64,000 nucleotides of DNA from Octopus vulgaris. Taxonomy: Eukaryota. The translations under genes and the position numbers were made by a program. Location of the stretch: contig OX597831.1 of the NCBI GenBank assembly GCA_951406725.2, positions 28,458,001 through 28,522,000 of the forward strand. Reading direction: 5' to 3'. Below are positions 29,678-44,741 of the stretch, in pieces; the first letter of the stretch is position 1, and the number at the start of each line of letters is the position of its first letter. The notes beneath the pieces are model-generated. The model saw only the letters and a program-made list of their open reading frames with translations, ran no database searches and was not told the origin of the DNA.

Positions 29678-30518
29678 AATACACTTTAATTGAAGTAAGG
29701 TTTTCCCGAAATTAATCATAACTAATATAATAAACGTGAATGTCAGTCCGTCACACTTTTTCAACTTTAATATATCCTTTCTACTGGAAGCACAAGGCCT
29801 CAAATTCTGGGGGAAGGAATTAAGTCGATTACATCCACCTCAGTATCTAACTGGTACTAATTTTATCGACCCCGAAAGGTAAAGTCGACCTCGGTGGAAT
29901 TCGATTACGGCAGACAAAATTCCGCTAAGCACTTCGCTCGGCGTGCTAACGATTCTGCCAGCTCTCCGCCTTTATATGATATAATGATATAATATAATAA
30001 ATGTGAATGTCAGTGTGTCAGTGTGTCACACTTTTTCAACTTTACTCCTAGAAGCCGTAGCCCGACATATCATACCATTTTGGAATTAGGCTGACACCGT
30101 GAATAAATTAAAACCATTCAGGGCCGAATCCGGATCTACAATCCTGAAATTTTGGATTCCCAAATTTTCATTACTATGATTGTTTTTGGCTATTTTTTAC
30201 GTGACTTTTTGCGACAAATGCTTTTGTACGATAATAATTTTTATAACCTAAAGGCTAACTCCGAGAGTAAATTAAAAACATTCTGGGCCGAATCCAGACC
30301 TGCAATCCTGAAATTTTGGATTCCTATGTTTTCATTACTGTGATTGTTTTCGGGGATTTTTTTACTTGATTTTTTTTTTGCGACAAATATGGTCATCTTT
30401 GGGATATGACTCTTGAAGAAGCAACTGCAACAAATCCTCCCCCCCCCAAAAAAACAAGTCAGAGATCTGTTTGCAGATCTTCCCATTCAGAGTCACTTGT
30501 TTAAAAGCTGTATACTAG
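29122..30518 (+). mobile_element. Non-autonomous Helitron-like insertion(s) with nested SINE A (29775-29973, minus)
   Basis: Starts TCTAATTATAATAAATGCG...TGTGTCAGTG, similar heads at 29721 and 29991, ends ACTAG at 30514-30518; internal ~115-bp tandem duplication (about 30104-30220 and 30268-30390). Confidence 0.5.
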
Positions 30519-30542
30519 CTTAAAAGCCGCCTGATAAAGCGT

Positions 30543-31961
30543 AAATGGTAATTTACATCGTAGAAACGCATTAGAGTAGCAGTGTAATCAGGCGATATGA
30601 CGAGATCAAAGACAAACATACAGGGACATGAAAGGTAGTCGATGGAATGGTCATCGAGGACATTGGGAAAGGGAGTGTCTTCTAATCGAAGTATCATTGC
30701 CATCAGACAATACGGTATCTCTAAGAGAAATGGAGAAATTATCCGCATTCATAAATCTGGAAATAGAGATAACCAAAATGTGGGTGTATTTGACTGCTAC
30801 TACATTAGATACATAATTTATTGTTCTTATTTTATATCGATACTTGACGGCTCCCTCATTATATCGATCTCTGAAGAATGTAAGGCAAAGTCTATTTTGA
30901 CGTTGTCAGCCAGTCTGTAACAATTCATAACCGAATCCTGCAGTTTTATTGTTATTCTTAGGATTAGAAGATTTTTACCGATCTATTGTCTGTAACTATT
31001 GTCTGTAACTATGATTTTTATGAACAATATTGATTATTGATTTATAACACAGACAGCACGAAGCTGCACAATTTTCTGCAGATTATAATTGGTTGATTAA
31101 CCTCTTGAATTCAGTTCGCAATTTACCATTTATTTTATCGACATTAGCAGCATAAACGCAAAGCCGATGTTTGGCGGATTTTAGATTCAGACCATAAAGG
31201 GACATAACTGCATAACACTATGTCACGGCTCGAAAGGGATTCTTCAAATACCTATTTCTTTATTGCCCACAAGGGGCTAAACACAGAGGGGACAAACAAG
31301 GACAGACAAACGAATTAAGTCGATTATATCCACCCCAGTGCGCAACTGGTACATAATTTATCGACCCTGAAAGGATGAAAGGCAAAGTCGACCTCAACGG
31401 AATTTGAACTCAGAACGTAACGGCAGACGAAATACGACTACGCATTTCACCCGGCGTGCTAACGTTTCTGCCAGCTCGCCGCCTTATAGATTTTTCAAAT
31501 ACCGCCCTACCATCAACAGCAACAACAACAACAACAACAACTTGTATATTTATTAGTAATCAAACATTAGATAAAAATGATGATTGACGTCATAGCAATT
31601 CCATAAACTTTCGAGAAAACATCAAATAAGGCTGTAATAGATATAATAGCTTGATATGCTTCGAGATCTACTGTTCCAAAAACGTATTCAACGGAATGCT
31701 TACATTCTGTTATTTATATTTTTACATACTTTGAGATCTACTAACGCTTAAAAGAAAAATAATATTATCACTTCAATTATTTCGAATAACATATCTTTAA
31801 TGGCAATACATGGAGAGAAAACTGCTTATCTGTATGATGAGAAAATCTCTTAGCAATTGGTTCTATACTGAAGAATATCAGACTCAAAAATGGTAATTTA
31901 CATCGTGGAAACGCATTAGAGTAACAGTGTAATCAGGCGATATGACGAGATCAAAGACAAA
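30543..31961 (+). repeat. 74-bp direct repeat pair (30543-30616 and 31888-31961), each overlapping a hammerhead-like core
   Basis: aaatggtaatttacatcgtRgaaacgcattagagtaRcagtgtaatcaggcgatatgacgagatcaaagacaaa; two mismatches. Confidence 0.85.
31253..31484 (-). mobile_element. SINE family A, full length (tail type 1)
   Basis: tatttctttattgcccacaaggggctaa...ctgccagctcgccgcct. Confidence 0.92.
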
Positions 31962-32060
31962 ATCGATATGCTATGTGTTTAAATGTAAATGGAATACAGC
32001 AACCAGAATGTGGAATTTTAGTGTGAATATGAATATATTACACACACATAAAGCATGATG

Positions 32061-32147
<87 letters not shown>

Positions 32148-32254
32148 CATATATATACTCAATCCAAACATGAGCAAGCAAAAAGAAACAACAACAACGC
32201 GAGGACGTGGAACAAGTACTCTGTTATTGGACACTCAGGAAGGGAAAGAGAAGA

Positions 32255-32302
<48 letters not shown>

Positions 32303-32303
<1 letters not shown>

Positions 32304-33229
32304 TATGCGGTGAGTCAATGGGCAGAGAAAAACAAAATGCAACTAAGCGAGGGAAAATTTGAGCTGATGCATTTTGGTAGAAAGACTATACTAAAACAGC
32401 CCTACCCACTTCCTTCAGGGGAACCACCGCTCACAGCATCTGATAATATCAGAGACCTAGGAGTAATTGTTGGTAACAATCTCAGTTGGAGTGCCCACAT
32501 CAACAATAAGGTTGATATGGCTCGTAGGATGAGCTCCTGGATCTTAGGAACTTTCCGGTCCAGAGAACAAGGTGTCATCATTCCACTTTTCTCCTCCTTT
32601 GTACGGCCACACCTCGAATACTGCTGCCCCCTCCTGTGGTCTCCCCATACAAAACAAAATATCTCGAAAATTGAATCACCCCAGAGGGCATTCAATTCAC
32701 GAATTGAATTAAGAGCATGACTGATCTCGATTACTGGGTCCGCCTTTAAGTCCTGAAACTCTACTCTCTCCAGCGTCGCCGCGAGCGATACATCATTTGT
32801 ACGATGTGGAGAATATACCGTCAGTACTGACCAAACGACCTGAACATTAGCTTTAAGATTCATTCAAAGCTAGGACCACAGGCCATACGTCCCCTGCCCA
32901 ATTCAAGATTACAACATATGGGTACACTGCGACATAATTTCTTTTCCTCAACAGGCCATACCCTATTTAACATTGTCTCAAAACTGATCAAAGAGTAAAA
33001 GGATCCCATCACCTTTAAACGGAATCTGGACAAATTTCTTCAAGGAATACCAGATAAGCCACATATACATGGATACAACTCACTCAACAAAAACTTCCTA
33101 CTCGAATGGACCATAATACCACAAAACTTGACTTAAAAAGGATTTAGATAATCTTATCAGGTGGTGCTATTAAGTTAGACATGGCCTGGACCAGTCTTTC
33201 GTCGTAACATATCTAAGTTTATCTAAGTT

Positions 33230-33230
<1 letters not shown>
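32303..33230 (+). mobile_element. CR1-group LINE, 3' fragment
   Basis: [54 protein letters not shown]; ends in an (ATCTAAGTTT)2 tail. Confidence 0.85.
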
Positions 33231-33264
<34 letters not shown>

Positions 33265-33364
33265 AGAGAGAGAGAGATGAATACATGCTTATATATATGC
33301 ATATATATACACATATACCTATATATACGTATATATACATACATAAATATATCTATATATATGC

Positions 33365-33416
<52 letters not shown>

Positions 33417-34064
33417 GTATATATATGTATATGTATATATATGTATATATATATATGTATATATATATATGTATATATATATACATATATATATATATAT
33501 GTATATACATGTATATATATCTATATATATGTATATAGATATATATGTGTAAGCATACATACACAAAAAGAAGCACACAAACGCACACGCCCACATACAC
33601 ACGCCCACACACATGTATAACTGTACAGTTGTAGAATGCTATAAAATCGCATATATATGCATATACCTATACATGCATGTAAGAGTCAAACTACTTCAAA
33701 GACCATTTTGACACCTCAGTTCATGTAGCAATGTTAACATATTTATTTATTCAACATCTAATGTTTTAGGATGTCTGTGCGTCACGCATTGTCACATTTT
33801 GCATGCATAATATAAAAAAGAGATGGCTCCCTGCTGGCATGCTGTCAATTCAGTACGGCGACACCTTGCGACAGAGTTTCACAATGCTGAAATCTTCACA
33901 CTTTTATATATACACACACACACACATATACACACACATACACATACACATACATACATACATACGTACATACATGCATGAATGCATCCATACATTCTTC
34001 AATACAAGTATGATATATGTATATTAGTATGCATGTATGTATGTGAGTATACACACACACACAT

Positions 34065-34121
<57 letters not shown>

Positions 34122-34389
34122 AATATGTATATATTTCTGTGTGTGTACGTGTGCGTGTGTGTTTGTGCGTTTAAATTTCTTTTTTCAGACCCCTAGACTT
34201 ACCCTTCAATACCTCTTTCTAATGGACCAGTTGTAGCTCCTTTTCAAATTATCATTCCTTAGAATGAATATAGATGTCTTGCAAACAACTTGCACATGCA
34301 AGTGCTACCAGCCAAAAACTCCGCATACCGGAATCCAGCAAGTGTATGGGGTCATCAGGAGAGAATGCACACCGTTTTGGGACCTACCT

Positions 34390-34535
34390 CTCAGTTTCCG
34401 TCTACCAAATCCACATACAGGGGTTTGGTCGGCCCGTAGCTATAGAAGAAGACATTTGCCCAAGGTGTCACACAGTAGGACTGAACCCGAAGCTATGTGG
34501 TTTGAAAGCAAGCTTCTTACCACACATCTACGCCT
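34390..34535 (-). mobile_element. SINE family B, 5' part
   Basis: cagtttccgtctaccaaatccac...gcccaaggtgtcacacagtaggactgaaccc. Confidence 0.8.
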
Positions 34536-34615
34536 GCATACAAATGTATTTATTGCATGTATGTATATTATGTATATATGTATGTGTCTATATATATACA
34601 CATATACATACATAC

Positions 34616-34656
<41 letters not shown>

Positions 34657-34663
34657 TAGATAT

Positions 34664-34705
<42 letters not shown>

Positions 34706-35094
34706 GTTTGCGTGTGTGTGTATGTCTATACATATGCGTATCTGTGTGCAGGCGTTGGTTTGTGTGTGTGTGTATTTCTACCTTGTAGCACATCTCAGTC
34801 GCAGACGTGGTCTCACGAAGAAATGTCTCTATTATCGATCATTACCGACACAACTGTCAGCTCAGCAGCCATTTCATATGTCGACAACGACACAGTGTGT
34901 TGGTCTCAGAAGAGTACAACAGACAGTACAACAGACGGCACTACTGCTTTTGAATAAACTTGGTATTTTAAAGATAGTTAAATCGTACATTGTTTCCACT
35001 ATCGATCATTGAACTTCAGGAAAGCGGCTGTTGCCAAATGTATGTGGCGACGCACCTGATGTTCAAGTCGGAAACCGTTCTGCTCTACATATCT

Positions 35095-35575
35095 TTCGTC
35101 TTTTATCTTTTACATGTTTCAGTTATTGACCTGCAGTCATGCATGCTTGAGCACCGCCTGAAGGGTTTTAGTTGAAAGAATCTAATCTTGAAATTTAGCA
35201 AGCTGGCAGAAACGTTAGCACGCTGGACGAAATGTTTAGCGATATTTCGTCTGACGCCACATTCTGAGTTCAAATTCCACCGAGGTCGACTTTGCCTTTC
35301 ATCCTTTCGGGGTCAATTAAATAAATACCAGTTACGCACTGATGTCGATATAATCGACTTAATCCGTTTGTCTGTCCTTGTTTGTCCCCTCTGTGTGTAG
35401 CCCCTTGTGGGCAGTAAAGAAATTAAGAATCTAATCTGGAAGTTAACGTTTTGTTTTAGTAAGCCTGATACATATTCTATTTTCCCTTTTGCCGAACCAC
35501 TACGATACGGGGACGTAAACAAACCAACACTTTGTCAAACAGTGGCTGTAGACAAACACAAAGGAGCACACAGAT

Positions 35576-35622
<47 letters not shown>

Positions 35623-35750
35623 TATACTTATATATATATATGTACGACAGGCTTCTTTCATTTACCGTTTGCCAAATCCACTCACAAAGCATTACTCGGC
35701 CCGGAGCTATAGTAAAAGACAACCACGCAGTGGGACTGAACCCGCCTGCG
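35095..35750 (-). mobile_element. SINE family B interrupted by a SINE A insertion
   Basis: Tail at 35095-35175, body and head at 35440-35750. Confidence 0.7.
35189..35424 (+). mobile_element. SINE family A (tail type 1) with 13-bp TSD
   Basis: TSD AAGAATCTAATCT at 35176-35188 and 35425-35437. Confidence 0.9.
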
Positions 35751-36443
35751 CCTATATATGGAGGAAGGCTGTATAGAAAGATGTAACTAATGCAGGGTAA
35801 AATCGGATGAAAGAAGAGGAAGGACCGAGAGAAAAGACTATAACATGTAGTGAACTGTGGTTAAGGGCTATTCCATTTCCTTTGGTTTACAATCTCATGA
35901 AAGAGTAAAGCATTTTTGATGTATTCCCCTCCACCACCACATATATATAAGTATACATATATGTATCTACAAATATGCGGGAAGGACTGTTTCAACGAAG
36001 TCGCGTCTAGACGAAACAGGAACAACAGAAGAAGGGGAATATTCCTTGTGTTGTATGTTTTGTACTCTGTTTTTTCGTTGTTTGAAAAAAGTTCGTTTCC
36101 ATGTTTTTGTTTTTATGTTTTCGTTTTTCATTGTGTTCAACGCTTTTTTGGTGTCCTGTTATGTTATGATATGATCGAACGCCACGCATCCATTTCCAAA
36201 TAAGTTTTATCTTACAAATATGCATACTTATACATGTGTGGAGTTAAAAAATTTGCTTGACCAACAGGCGAAACTACTGAGTTATAAGAAACTGATTCGA
36301 CCAAAATAAAATCTCAACTAAGACACTGTACTCTTTCTTCCAACAATCAACATGTTGGTTGTTGGAAGAAAGAGAGTGCATGAGGTAGGGGGAGAGTGAT
36401 GGTGGCAAAATTAGTACAGTGAAGTTGCTGTAAGGAATAGAGT

Positions 36444-36478
36444 ATTTGACGTTTCGGAAAATGTTCTCCTTCAAGATT
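36444..36478 (-). ncRNA. Decayed hammerhead-like remnant in a probable old Penelope-like 3' end
   Basis: ..UUGA A GGAGA-loop-UUUCC GAAA CG UC AAAU; CUGANGA box damaged. Confidence 0.35.
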
Positions 36479-38105
36479 AGGATGACAGAAAGATATAAGG
36501 AAACACCTCATCCTGTAAATTTAAGAAACTAGCAGTAACTGATGGGGAACGCAAGACAATATGAGCTTCATTGATAGGCAGAAAGTACTAGAAGAGAGAA
36601 AGTTATTGTGAAAGGGAGAAAAAAAGAGAAAAGGAAAGAAGAAAAGCGGATGAGGGCGAGAGAAGAATTGAGATGAGAGTGGAACTGAAGGATAAGAATG
36701 GAATTACTGGAATAAAAGTGGAATGAAGAGGTAAGAGGAAAACTAATAATTTATTCGATCAATAACTGGGTTCGATTTCAAATATGGAACGTCAGTCCTA
36801 TTTCTTCTTATGAGTGGATTAATGATGTGTAGGGATTTCGCATACAGATAAATGAGTAATCGGATGGGCCATTGTATTGATGTGGGTGGTGACAGGTTGG
36901 ACTTACGTAATAGTATGTTCCAAATGTCTCTTCTAAATAGGAAGAGATATAAGCTAGGAAATATTGAAAAAAGATGGTCTTTTTCCTGTTACGTTATTTT
37001 TCGAGTTAAGTTGCATATCTTAGAACAAATTACCAACGTAAGTTGGTGTATTGTTTATAATATTAACGTGTAACACCTGGAATCTTTCAGAGCATACTTC
37101 CCACAAGCTGCACGTATGTGTATGTGCTGGCTAACGGTTTATATTCTGTCAGTAAGAGACTTACCAGAATTAATCTAGTGTCCTATGGGGGTGGAAAGGG
37201 GCAGAGACTGTTATGATGGTCTCATTCCGATAAATCTGAGAACTTCTTGAAACGCTTAAAGGACTTTGGAAAATTGGATTGTTTAAAAAATAAGTAGAAG
37301 AGACTAATAAGGAAATATGAAAAATAAATCGAAGACAATCCACTCTGAAATTCTGAAATAGAAAATAGTCTAAAGAAAAGATGTTCACTAAACGTATATA
37401 ATTACATACACATAAATACTCTTCTTTTGATATGTGTGTATGTCTGTATATATATCTACCCAAAAAAATAAGGAGTCGTACAGTTAGAATAACGACTACA
37501 ATTGTTTCATAACTAACTGAAGTTCTTTACATAAGTAGTAACGAGCACAACGCAATTTAACTAATCTTCTGATCGTAGTGGTCTCAACGAAGTTTAAGTT
37601 GCTGTTGAAAGTAAACAAAGAGTTAACAAGCCAGAAAAAAAATGGCCGAAAGTCGAAAAACATAAAAATGAATAAAATAAATAAAAGATGAATAAAAACG
37701 TAAAAATAAACTAAAGTGACCCGTTCCTTATATATTTTTTAATATTTATTCGCATTTTAACAGCATCTGTTGCTAAAATATGATTTGGAGGGAAACAATC
37801 AGCTTATTGAAATTCCATTTATCGTCGATGTGGGAGAAGATGGGAAAAGTACGATGGTAATAAATATATTTTATTGTATACAGTTCACATTTTTTTCTCT
37901 ATGGTAACCACCTGCTGCGTGAAGCTTACTAACGTTCTACACTTGAATCCCTGGATCATACTTACCTATTGATATAGATAAGTACGACACACAGACACAC
38001 ACGTATACACACATATATACACATACACACATATATACACACATACACACATGTATATATGACATATAATATACATATGTGACTTGTAACATGTACTTGT
38101 ATATG

Positions 38106-38155
<50 letters not shown>

Positions 38156-38257
38156 GGTAAATAAAAAATCAAAAAAATCATAAGCAATAAATGTCAAACA
38201 GGTGTACCTAGTGAATGTATTAAGTTGGCGCTCAGTTCAAGATGGAGGAAAGAGTGG

Positions 38258-38291
38258 GTGTGACGTTTCTAGCATGGCTTTTCATCAGAAA
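38258..38291 (-). ncRNA. Hammerhead-like fold with canonical core
   Basis: UUU CUGAUGA A AAGC-CAU-GCUA GAAA CG UC; same family as 19325/56249/57263; stem I decayed. Confidence 0.5.
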
Positions 38292-38399
38292 GAGGACAGT
38301 GGAAAGGTCGAGAGAGAAGAAAGAGAAAAGTCTCAGAAAAATACGTGAATGCTTACATGGCTGAAGTGACCGGAATTCAGTTTATGTATGTGTGTGTGC

Positions 38400-38442
<43 letters not shown>

Positions 38443-38528
38443 CATGTATATGTATGTATATCTATCTATCTATCTATCTAGATAATATAGGCGGTATTAG
38501 AGTTAAGTACACACACACACATATATAT

Positions 38529-38746
38529 ATATTCTTTATTTAAAAGCAGCAGAAATACAACAAAAGCTGTTACTTAGAGTTTCACTTTCCCGTTCGTCGA
38601 ACAGTTTTGTTAACGAACCGGAACGTGAAACTCTGAGTAACAGCTTTTGTTATATCCCTGTTGCTTTTAAATAAAGCATATCACTCTACGTCTGGTATTT
38701 GAGTACTCTTTCTTCCACCTTATTTCACATTTATGTGCTTACTCCA

Positions 38747-38748
<2 letters not shown>
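38529..38748. mobile_element. Fold-back Penelope-type terminus with divergent hammerhead-like motifs
   Basis: Imperfect inverted arms 38529-38597 and 38613-38681. Minus strand: CUGU UCGACGA AC-GGGAAA-GU GAAA CUC UAAG UA ACAG. Plus strand: GAAA CUC U GAG UA ACAG. Flanked by (TA)n. Confidence 0.65.
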
Positions 38749-38786
<38 letters not shown>

Positions 38787-39444
38787 TCAATGTACCCGAA
38801 ATGTAGCCATATCTTCAATGTACCCGAAATATTGCATTACTGGCTATTTTACCGTAACCTGGAATTGAGTTACATTACGGCAGTTTTGCATTTTCTATCG
38901 TCTACTTTCAATGGGAAGTAGTCATTGAATATGGAAGCCAAAGAGAAATATGTTTCGCGTTGCGGAATGTCAAGTTACATCAACGAGATTTCTATCCACG
39001 CACCACTCCCGCAACGCGAGAAAGACATCTACATGTATTTATGAATTTGTTACCGTCATTTCAATATTCGCTCATAACACTGAACAGATTTTTGTCATAC
39101 GTTGCCATGGATATCACTGAGCGCGATTTTATGACCATCAAATGGATAATAATTGGTTCAAATTACATCGAAACATTTTATCGTTCGATCTAATTGGATG
39201 TTTACGATACATTACCATCGATACTGATTGATATTCCGTAATTATTATTTCAATATATAATACTCTGGGGCCATTATCAATCTGACAATTATGTTGGCCA
39301 TCACAGAAACCTGAAGTCAAGCACCAGTAGTCAATTTAACTGAGATGTATAAGCAAACACACTGGCAGACATACGCACACATACACGCACACGCAAAAAT
39401 ACATACACAAACACACACATACACATGCACATATATATATGTAT

Positions 39445-39502
<58 letters not shown>

Positions 39503-39530
39503 CTGTATATCTATCTATCTATCCACCCAA

Positions 39531-39611
<81 letters not shown>

Positions 39612-39728
39612 CATCCATCCATCCATCCCTTCATCTATCTCTCTATCTGTCTATCAAACAATCAATCAATCTATCTATCTATCTGTCTATCTATCGATCG
39701 ATCGATCGATCTATCTCTGTCTTTAAAT

Positions 39729-39773
<45 letters not shown>

Positions 39774-40078
39774 AACATGTTTATAGTTGTGTGTGTGCGT
39801 GTGTATGTACTTATAAAGAGAGACGGAGGGAGAAAAAGAGAGAGGAAGTGAAAATTCTTATTATGATAAAATGAAAGAGAAGCTGGGATTACAATTAGGA
39901 GAAAAGGCAAGTCAAACTGTATCATTTCCCGATCGGACAGAAGATATAAAAAGTAAGGGAGTTTTCGGTTAACTTGCAAGTAATTGCCAGTAAACATACA
40001 CACACGCACACACATACACATGCCCACCAAAAGAGATGCACAAGTACTGACGTAGATATGAATGTATTTCATGTGTGC

Positions 40079-40119
<41 letters not shown>

Positions 40120-40257
40120 CGCTAATACATGATCTAAGATATATGATGTATAAAAAATGTAATATACAAATAAATATCTGTAAATATAAACCATCAGATT
40201 TTCTGAGTACCTCATTTCTTCTAATATAAAATACCTGTACATCATCTCCAAACTTTC

Positions 40258-40330
<73 letters not shown>

Positions 40331-40331
<1 letters not shown>

Positions 40332-40530
40332 CTCTTTTACTCTTTTTCTTGTTTCAGTCATTTGATTGCGGCCATGCTGGAGCACCGCCTTTTTAATCGA
40401 GCAACTCGACACCCGGACTTATTCTTTTGTAAGCCCAGTACTTATTCTAACGGTCTATTTTGCCGAACCGCTAAGTAACACACCAGCATCGGTTGTCAAG
40501 CAATGCTGGGGGACAAACACAGACACACAA

Positions 40531-40601
<71 letters not shown>

Positions 40602-40735
40602 TACGACGGGCTTCTTTCAGTTTCCGTCTACCAAATCCACTCACAAGGCATTGGTCGGCCCGAGGCTATAATAGAAGACACTTGCCGAAGGTGCCACGCA
40701 GCAGGACTGAACCCGGAATCATGTTGTTGGTAAAA
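40331..40735 (-). mobile_element. SINE family B, head clipped
   Basis: gtttcagtcatttgattgcggccatgctggagcaccgcc...ggactgaacccggaatcatg. Confidence 0.88.
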
Positions 40736-41529
40736 AAGGCTCGATATTCCTGTAGTTGTAGACAACGTAGTTTCGTTCTCATTGTGATCTCGTCAGTATA
40801 CACATACACACACACATATTTGTGTGTGTGTGTTTGTGCGCGCGCGCGAGTGTGTATATGTCCGTTTAGCGTTGATTGTTTGAAGAAAGGGTATACAATA
40901 CCATTGTTGAGATTAATGCTTTTATTTTGGTCGAGTCGGTTTCTTGCAACCCAGGAGTTTCGCCTATTTGTCAACCAACTGTTTTTGACTGCAGCCATAA
41001 CATGCTTGATGACTCTCAATGTACAGGCGAAACTCTCCAGAGGACGAAAGAGGGTGATCTGACCAAAATTAAAATGTTATATATAAAAACTTAAAATACA
41101 GAAAGAAATTGCTTGTACGCAAGTGGCATTAAGTTATATATATCCGTATGAATGTCATCGACTTTCCGAACACTGATGATGCGGAACCTCTTATAATCCG
41201 CATTAATTTATGAGCAAGAACTTCAAATTCCAGCGGCCACTAGAATAATTTTCCTTGCATAGAGCACAGACAAGCAGCATGCGCAGTACAATATTAGTAA
41301 ACGTGAATCGTTTATGCTAATGTACAAGTACCTGTTTTTCATTTGATTTTTTTCAGTAAATTTTATACTCGATTAATTTAGAGTATGCTAACCAAGGTGA
41401 CCGACCTGTATCGTTAACACCAAAAGTTCCGGAAAATCGATGTTGTATTTGCAATTGTTAATCTATGGATTTTTGTCCGAGAATGTGATCGGCAACACTA
41501 CAACGTCCGTGTTCGATGGGGTGTTATAG

Positions 41530-42172
41530 ATTATTCAGTCGAGGCTTGATTTTTAAAAAAAACATATTCTGTTTATTTGACTGCATTTGATCTATGGTTT
41601 TGTCAGAACAATGATAAAGTGGGTAGACTAAGTTGTTTGATGATTTGTTTATTGGACATAATTTTAAATGTCCACTTAGTGGAATCTGTCTGGCATTAGG
41701 CTATCTTATTTTTTGCCTATGAATAATGAGTCAGTATCATAAAGTTTGATTGTCCTGTGTAATTTTCATTACCTTTACTAGCATCAATTAAAGTTTTTTG
41801 ACAAACAGATGAAGTGATTATTTGCATTGAAGTTATTTACTGATTTAAATTTCTGCGCCTTCTATAAGGTTGATGTAGGTTCCTTGGTTAAGGCGACCAG
41901 AGATTTTTACTATTACTGCTATAATTTCATTGGATAATTTGGCGCTGGTAGTAATTGTTTAAGGGATTTTTACGAGCCTTATGCTTTTGAATACTTTGTG
42001 TATTTCGATTGCTCTTTGTATTCTTGGAATTTGCTTCATTAATGAAATGATTTGATGGAATATGGCGTATGTTTCTGTATTTCTTGCTTTGAATGTTGTA
42101 TTGGAAAATAAAGTACGAAGTCTGTTTGAATGGTGTCTTCATTCTTCGCAGTTCTTGAACGTTTATTCCTCT
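41530..42172 (-). pseudogene. Decayed Penelope-like (Neptune) linker + GIY-YIG region
   Basis: Minus-strand patches INVQELRR, KSLKQLLTSAKL, NLIEGAE, ENYTGQS, RQIPLSGHL and LVYPLYHCSDKTIDQ align with the intact ORF at 45881-47362. Confidence 0.85.
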
Positions 42173-42257
42173 AGAGCATTCTATTCTGGAATATATGTGT
42201 GTGTGTATCTAAATGTATAAGTTCTAAGTAGAAGTATATGTATATGTATATAATGAT

Positions 42258-42341
<84 letters not shown>

Positions 42342-42525
42342 ATGTGTATATATATATATATACTGATGTTCATATACATTCTATATATATACAGATGTGT
42401 GTATATATATATAATATAATATATATGTCTATATGATATATATATATATATTTTATTATAAAAATATATATATGTTTTATTTTATTTTATATGTGTGTGT
42501 GTGTGTGTGCTGTGTGTGTGTATAT

Positions 42526-42602
<77 letters not shown>

Positions 42603-42755
42603 CACGTACATAGATACACATGCACATTTATACAAAGTCGATATTTCCATTATGAAGCAGGTGTTGTCCCGCAGCTGTATAATGGTGCCAATACACTCTT
42701 GAAAATCTAACAATTGCACAGTTGTAGGGTATTACCTAGTTAGAAATTAAATCTG

Positions 42756-42854
<99 letters not shown>

Positions 42855-42969
42855 ATACACACGCATAAACACGCACCCACAAACACATATACACTCACGC
42901 ACGCACGTATGTACACACTCACACACGCACGTATGTACACACTCACACGTACACACACATGCTCCCACA

Positions 42970-43010
<41 letters not shown>

Positions 43011-43276
43011 AAGGTGTAGTTTCAGGTAAAGTCGTTACAACAGCCATTACGCGTACAACTACTGTCCTTGACGCCAAAATACTTTGGCGATATCGCAAAC
43101 ATCTTTTCATACACGCACACACACACACATACATACACACAGCACACGGAACGCACAAACATAAACATATTTACACAATGGTATCTGTATATCCAACTCC
43201 ACCGGGAAAGCACACTGCCTCATTATTACAAACCCTCAGCGGGGTTCTGAAGGATTTGGTATATGTATTTTATATA

Positions 43277-43426
<150 letters not shown>

Positions 43427-43489
43427 TTTATATATATATACATATATAAACATATATACATATATATATACACACATACATGTTTGGTA

Positions 43490-43542
<53 letters not shown>

Positions 43543-43987
43543 CATACATACATACATACATATATGTATGTTAGTACATATATACGTATATATATACAAA
43601 AGATATATATGCATGTTTGTGTATGTGCGTGTGCGTGTGTATACTTATACACATACATAAATGTGTTTATGTATGCACCCCGCCACACTCATAAACATCT
43701 ATACACGCAGAAATAGCGATGCTCCTTATGAGATTATAAGATATCAGTTGTACGGAATAGAAACCCACTCAGGTTCTAGAAAATCAGTTGCTTTGATCAT
43801 ATATACCCACAAAGCACGCAAACTATATTTTAAAATTAAATATACAGGAGCATTCATAAGTCTTAAAACTCATAGTTGCAGAGAATAAAGCAAATTCTAA
43901 TAATCATTAGATACTCAGAGGGACAGCGTATGGAAAAAATATTCAGCATATTTGAATAAAAGTCCAGCTGTACAATGTATTGATATA

Positions 43988-44207
43988 CTAGCAGTATAAC
44001 CCGGCTTTGCCCGGGATTAAGTTAGGATTATTAAGCTAATCAAGTTCTTTATTTCAAACAAAACTAAGTAAAATCGACTTCAAATTTGGGCGAAATCCGT
44101 TGAAATTGGTATATATATATATATATATATATATATAGGTAACACGCACATACACACACGTACGTACGTACACCAATTGCATACATGCTTTTTATACGCA
44201 TACATGT

Positions 44208-44262
<55 letters not shown>

Positions 44263-44645
44263 GCATGTATATCAACAAAACACTTTTTCCCTCGATGGAA
44301 AAAAAACCCAACAAAAGTCTTAACAAAAACATACTCGTCGCTAGAAGGGGACTTAACTCCTGTTTGCAAACGATGGTGATTTCTCCGACTCGAAAATTGT
44401 TAAAAGTTTTGGTTGAAAATTTATTTTTACTGCTATTCGCTGGTGCCTCTAGTAAAAATAAGTTGACGAAAATACAGTTAGGATCATGACGAATATCCTC
44501 CTAAAATTGGAGCGACATGTTTGCTAATTTGTGGACGTGCACACACATACACACACATCTACACACACACACACACAGACACACACACACAGGCACACGC
44601 ACACGCACACGCACAAACACATCCTGCCTTTTATACATAAATATA
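43988..44645 (-). mobile_element. Non-autonomous Helitron-like element
   Basis: On the minus strand ends CCCGGGCAAAGCCGGG hairpin + TTATACTGCTAG; the same terminus occurs at 50779 and 53817. Confidence 0.6.
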
Positions 44646-44741
44646 TATATACAGTAACGTGCTTAGTAGAGCGGCTACCGCACTGCGATCTATTGAGTTT
44701 CTTCCCGCGAACGACACGATCCTCTTGTGTAATAGAAACAA

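Noticed and set aside
35985-36025. CAACGA-GTC/GAC-GAAAC hammerhead-like trace
   Set aside because: Core too degenerate and no NUH site.
41173-41210. CTGATGA followed by a TGCGGA/TCCGCA stem
   Set aside because: No GAAA box or stem I/III; insufficient for a hammerhead call.
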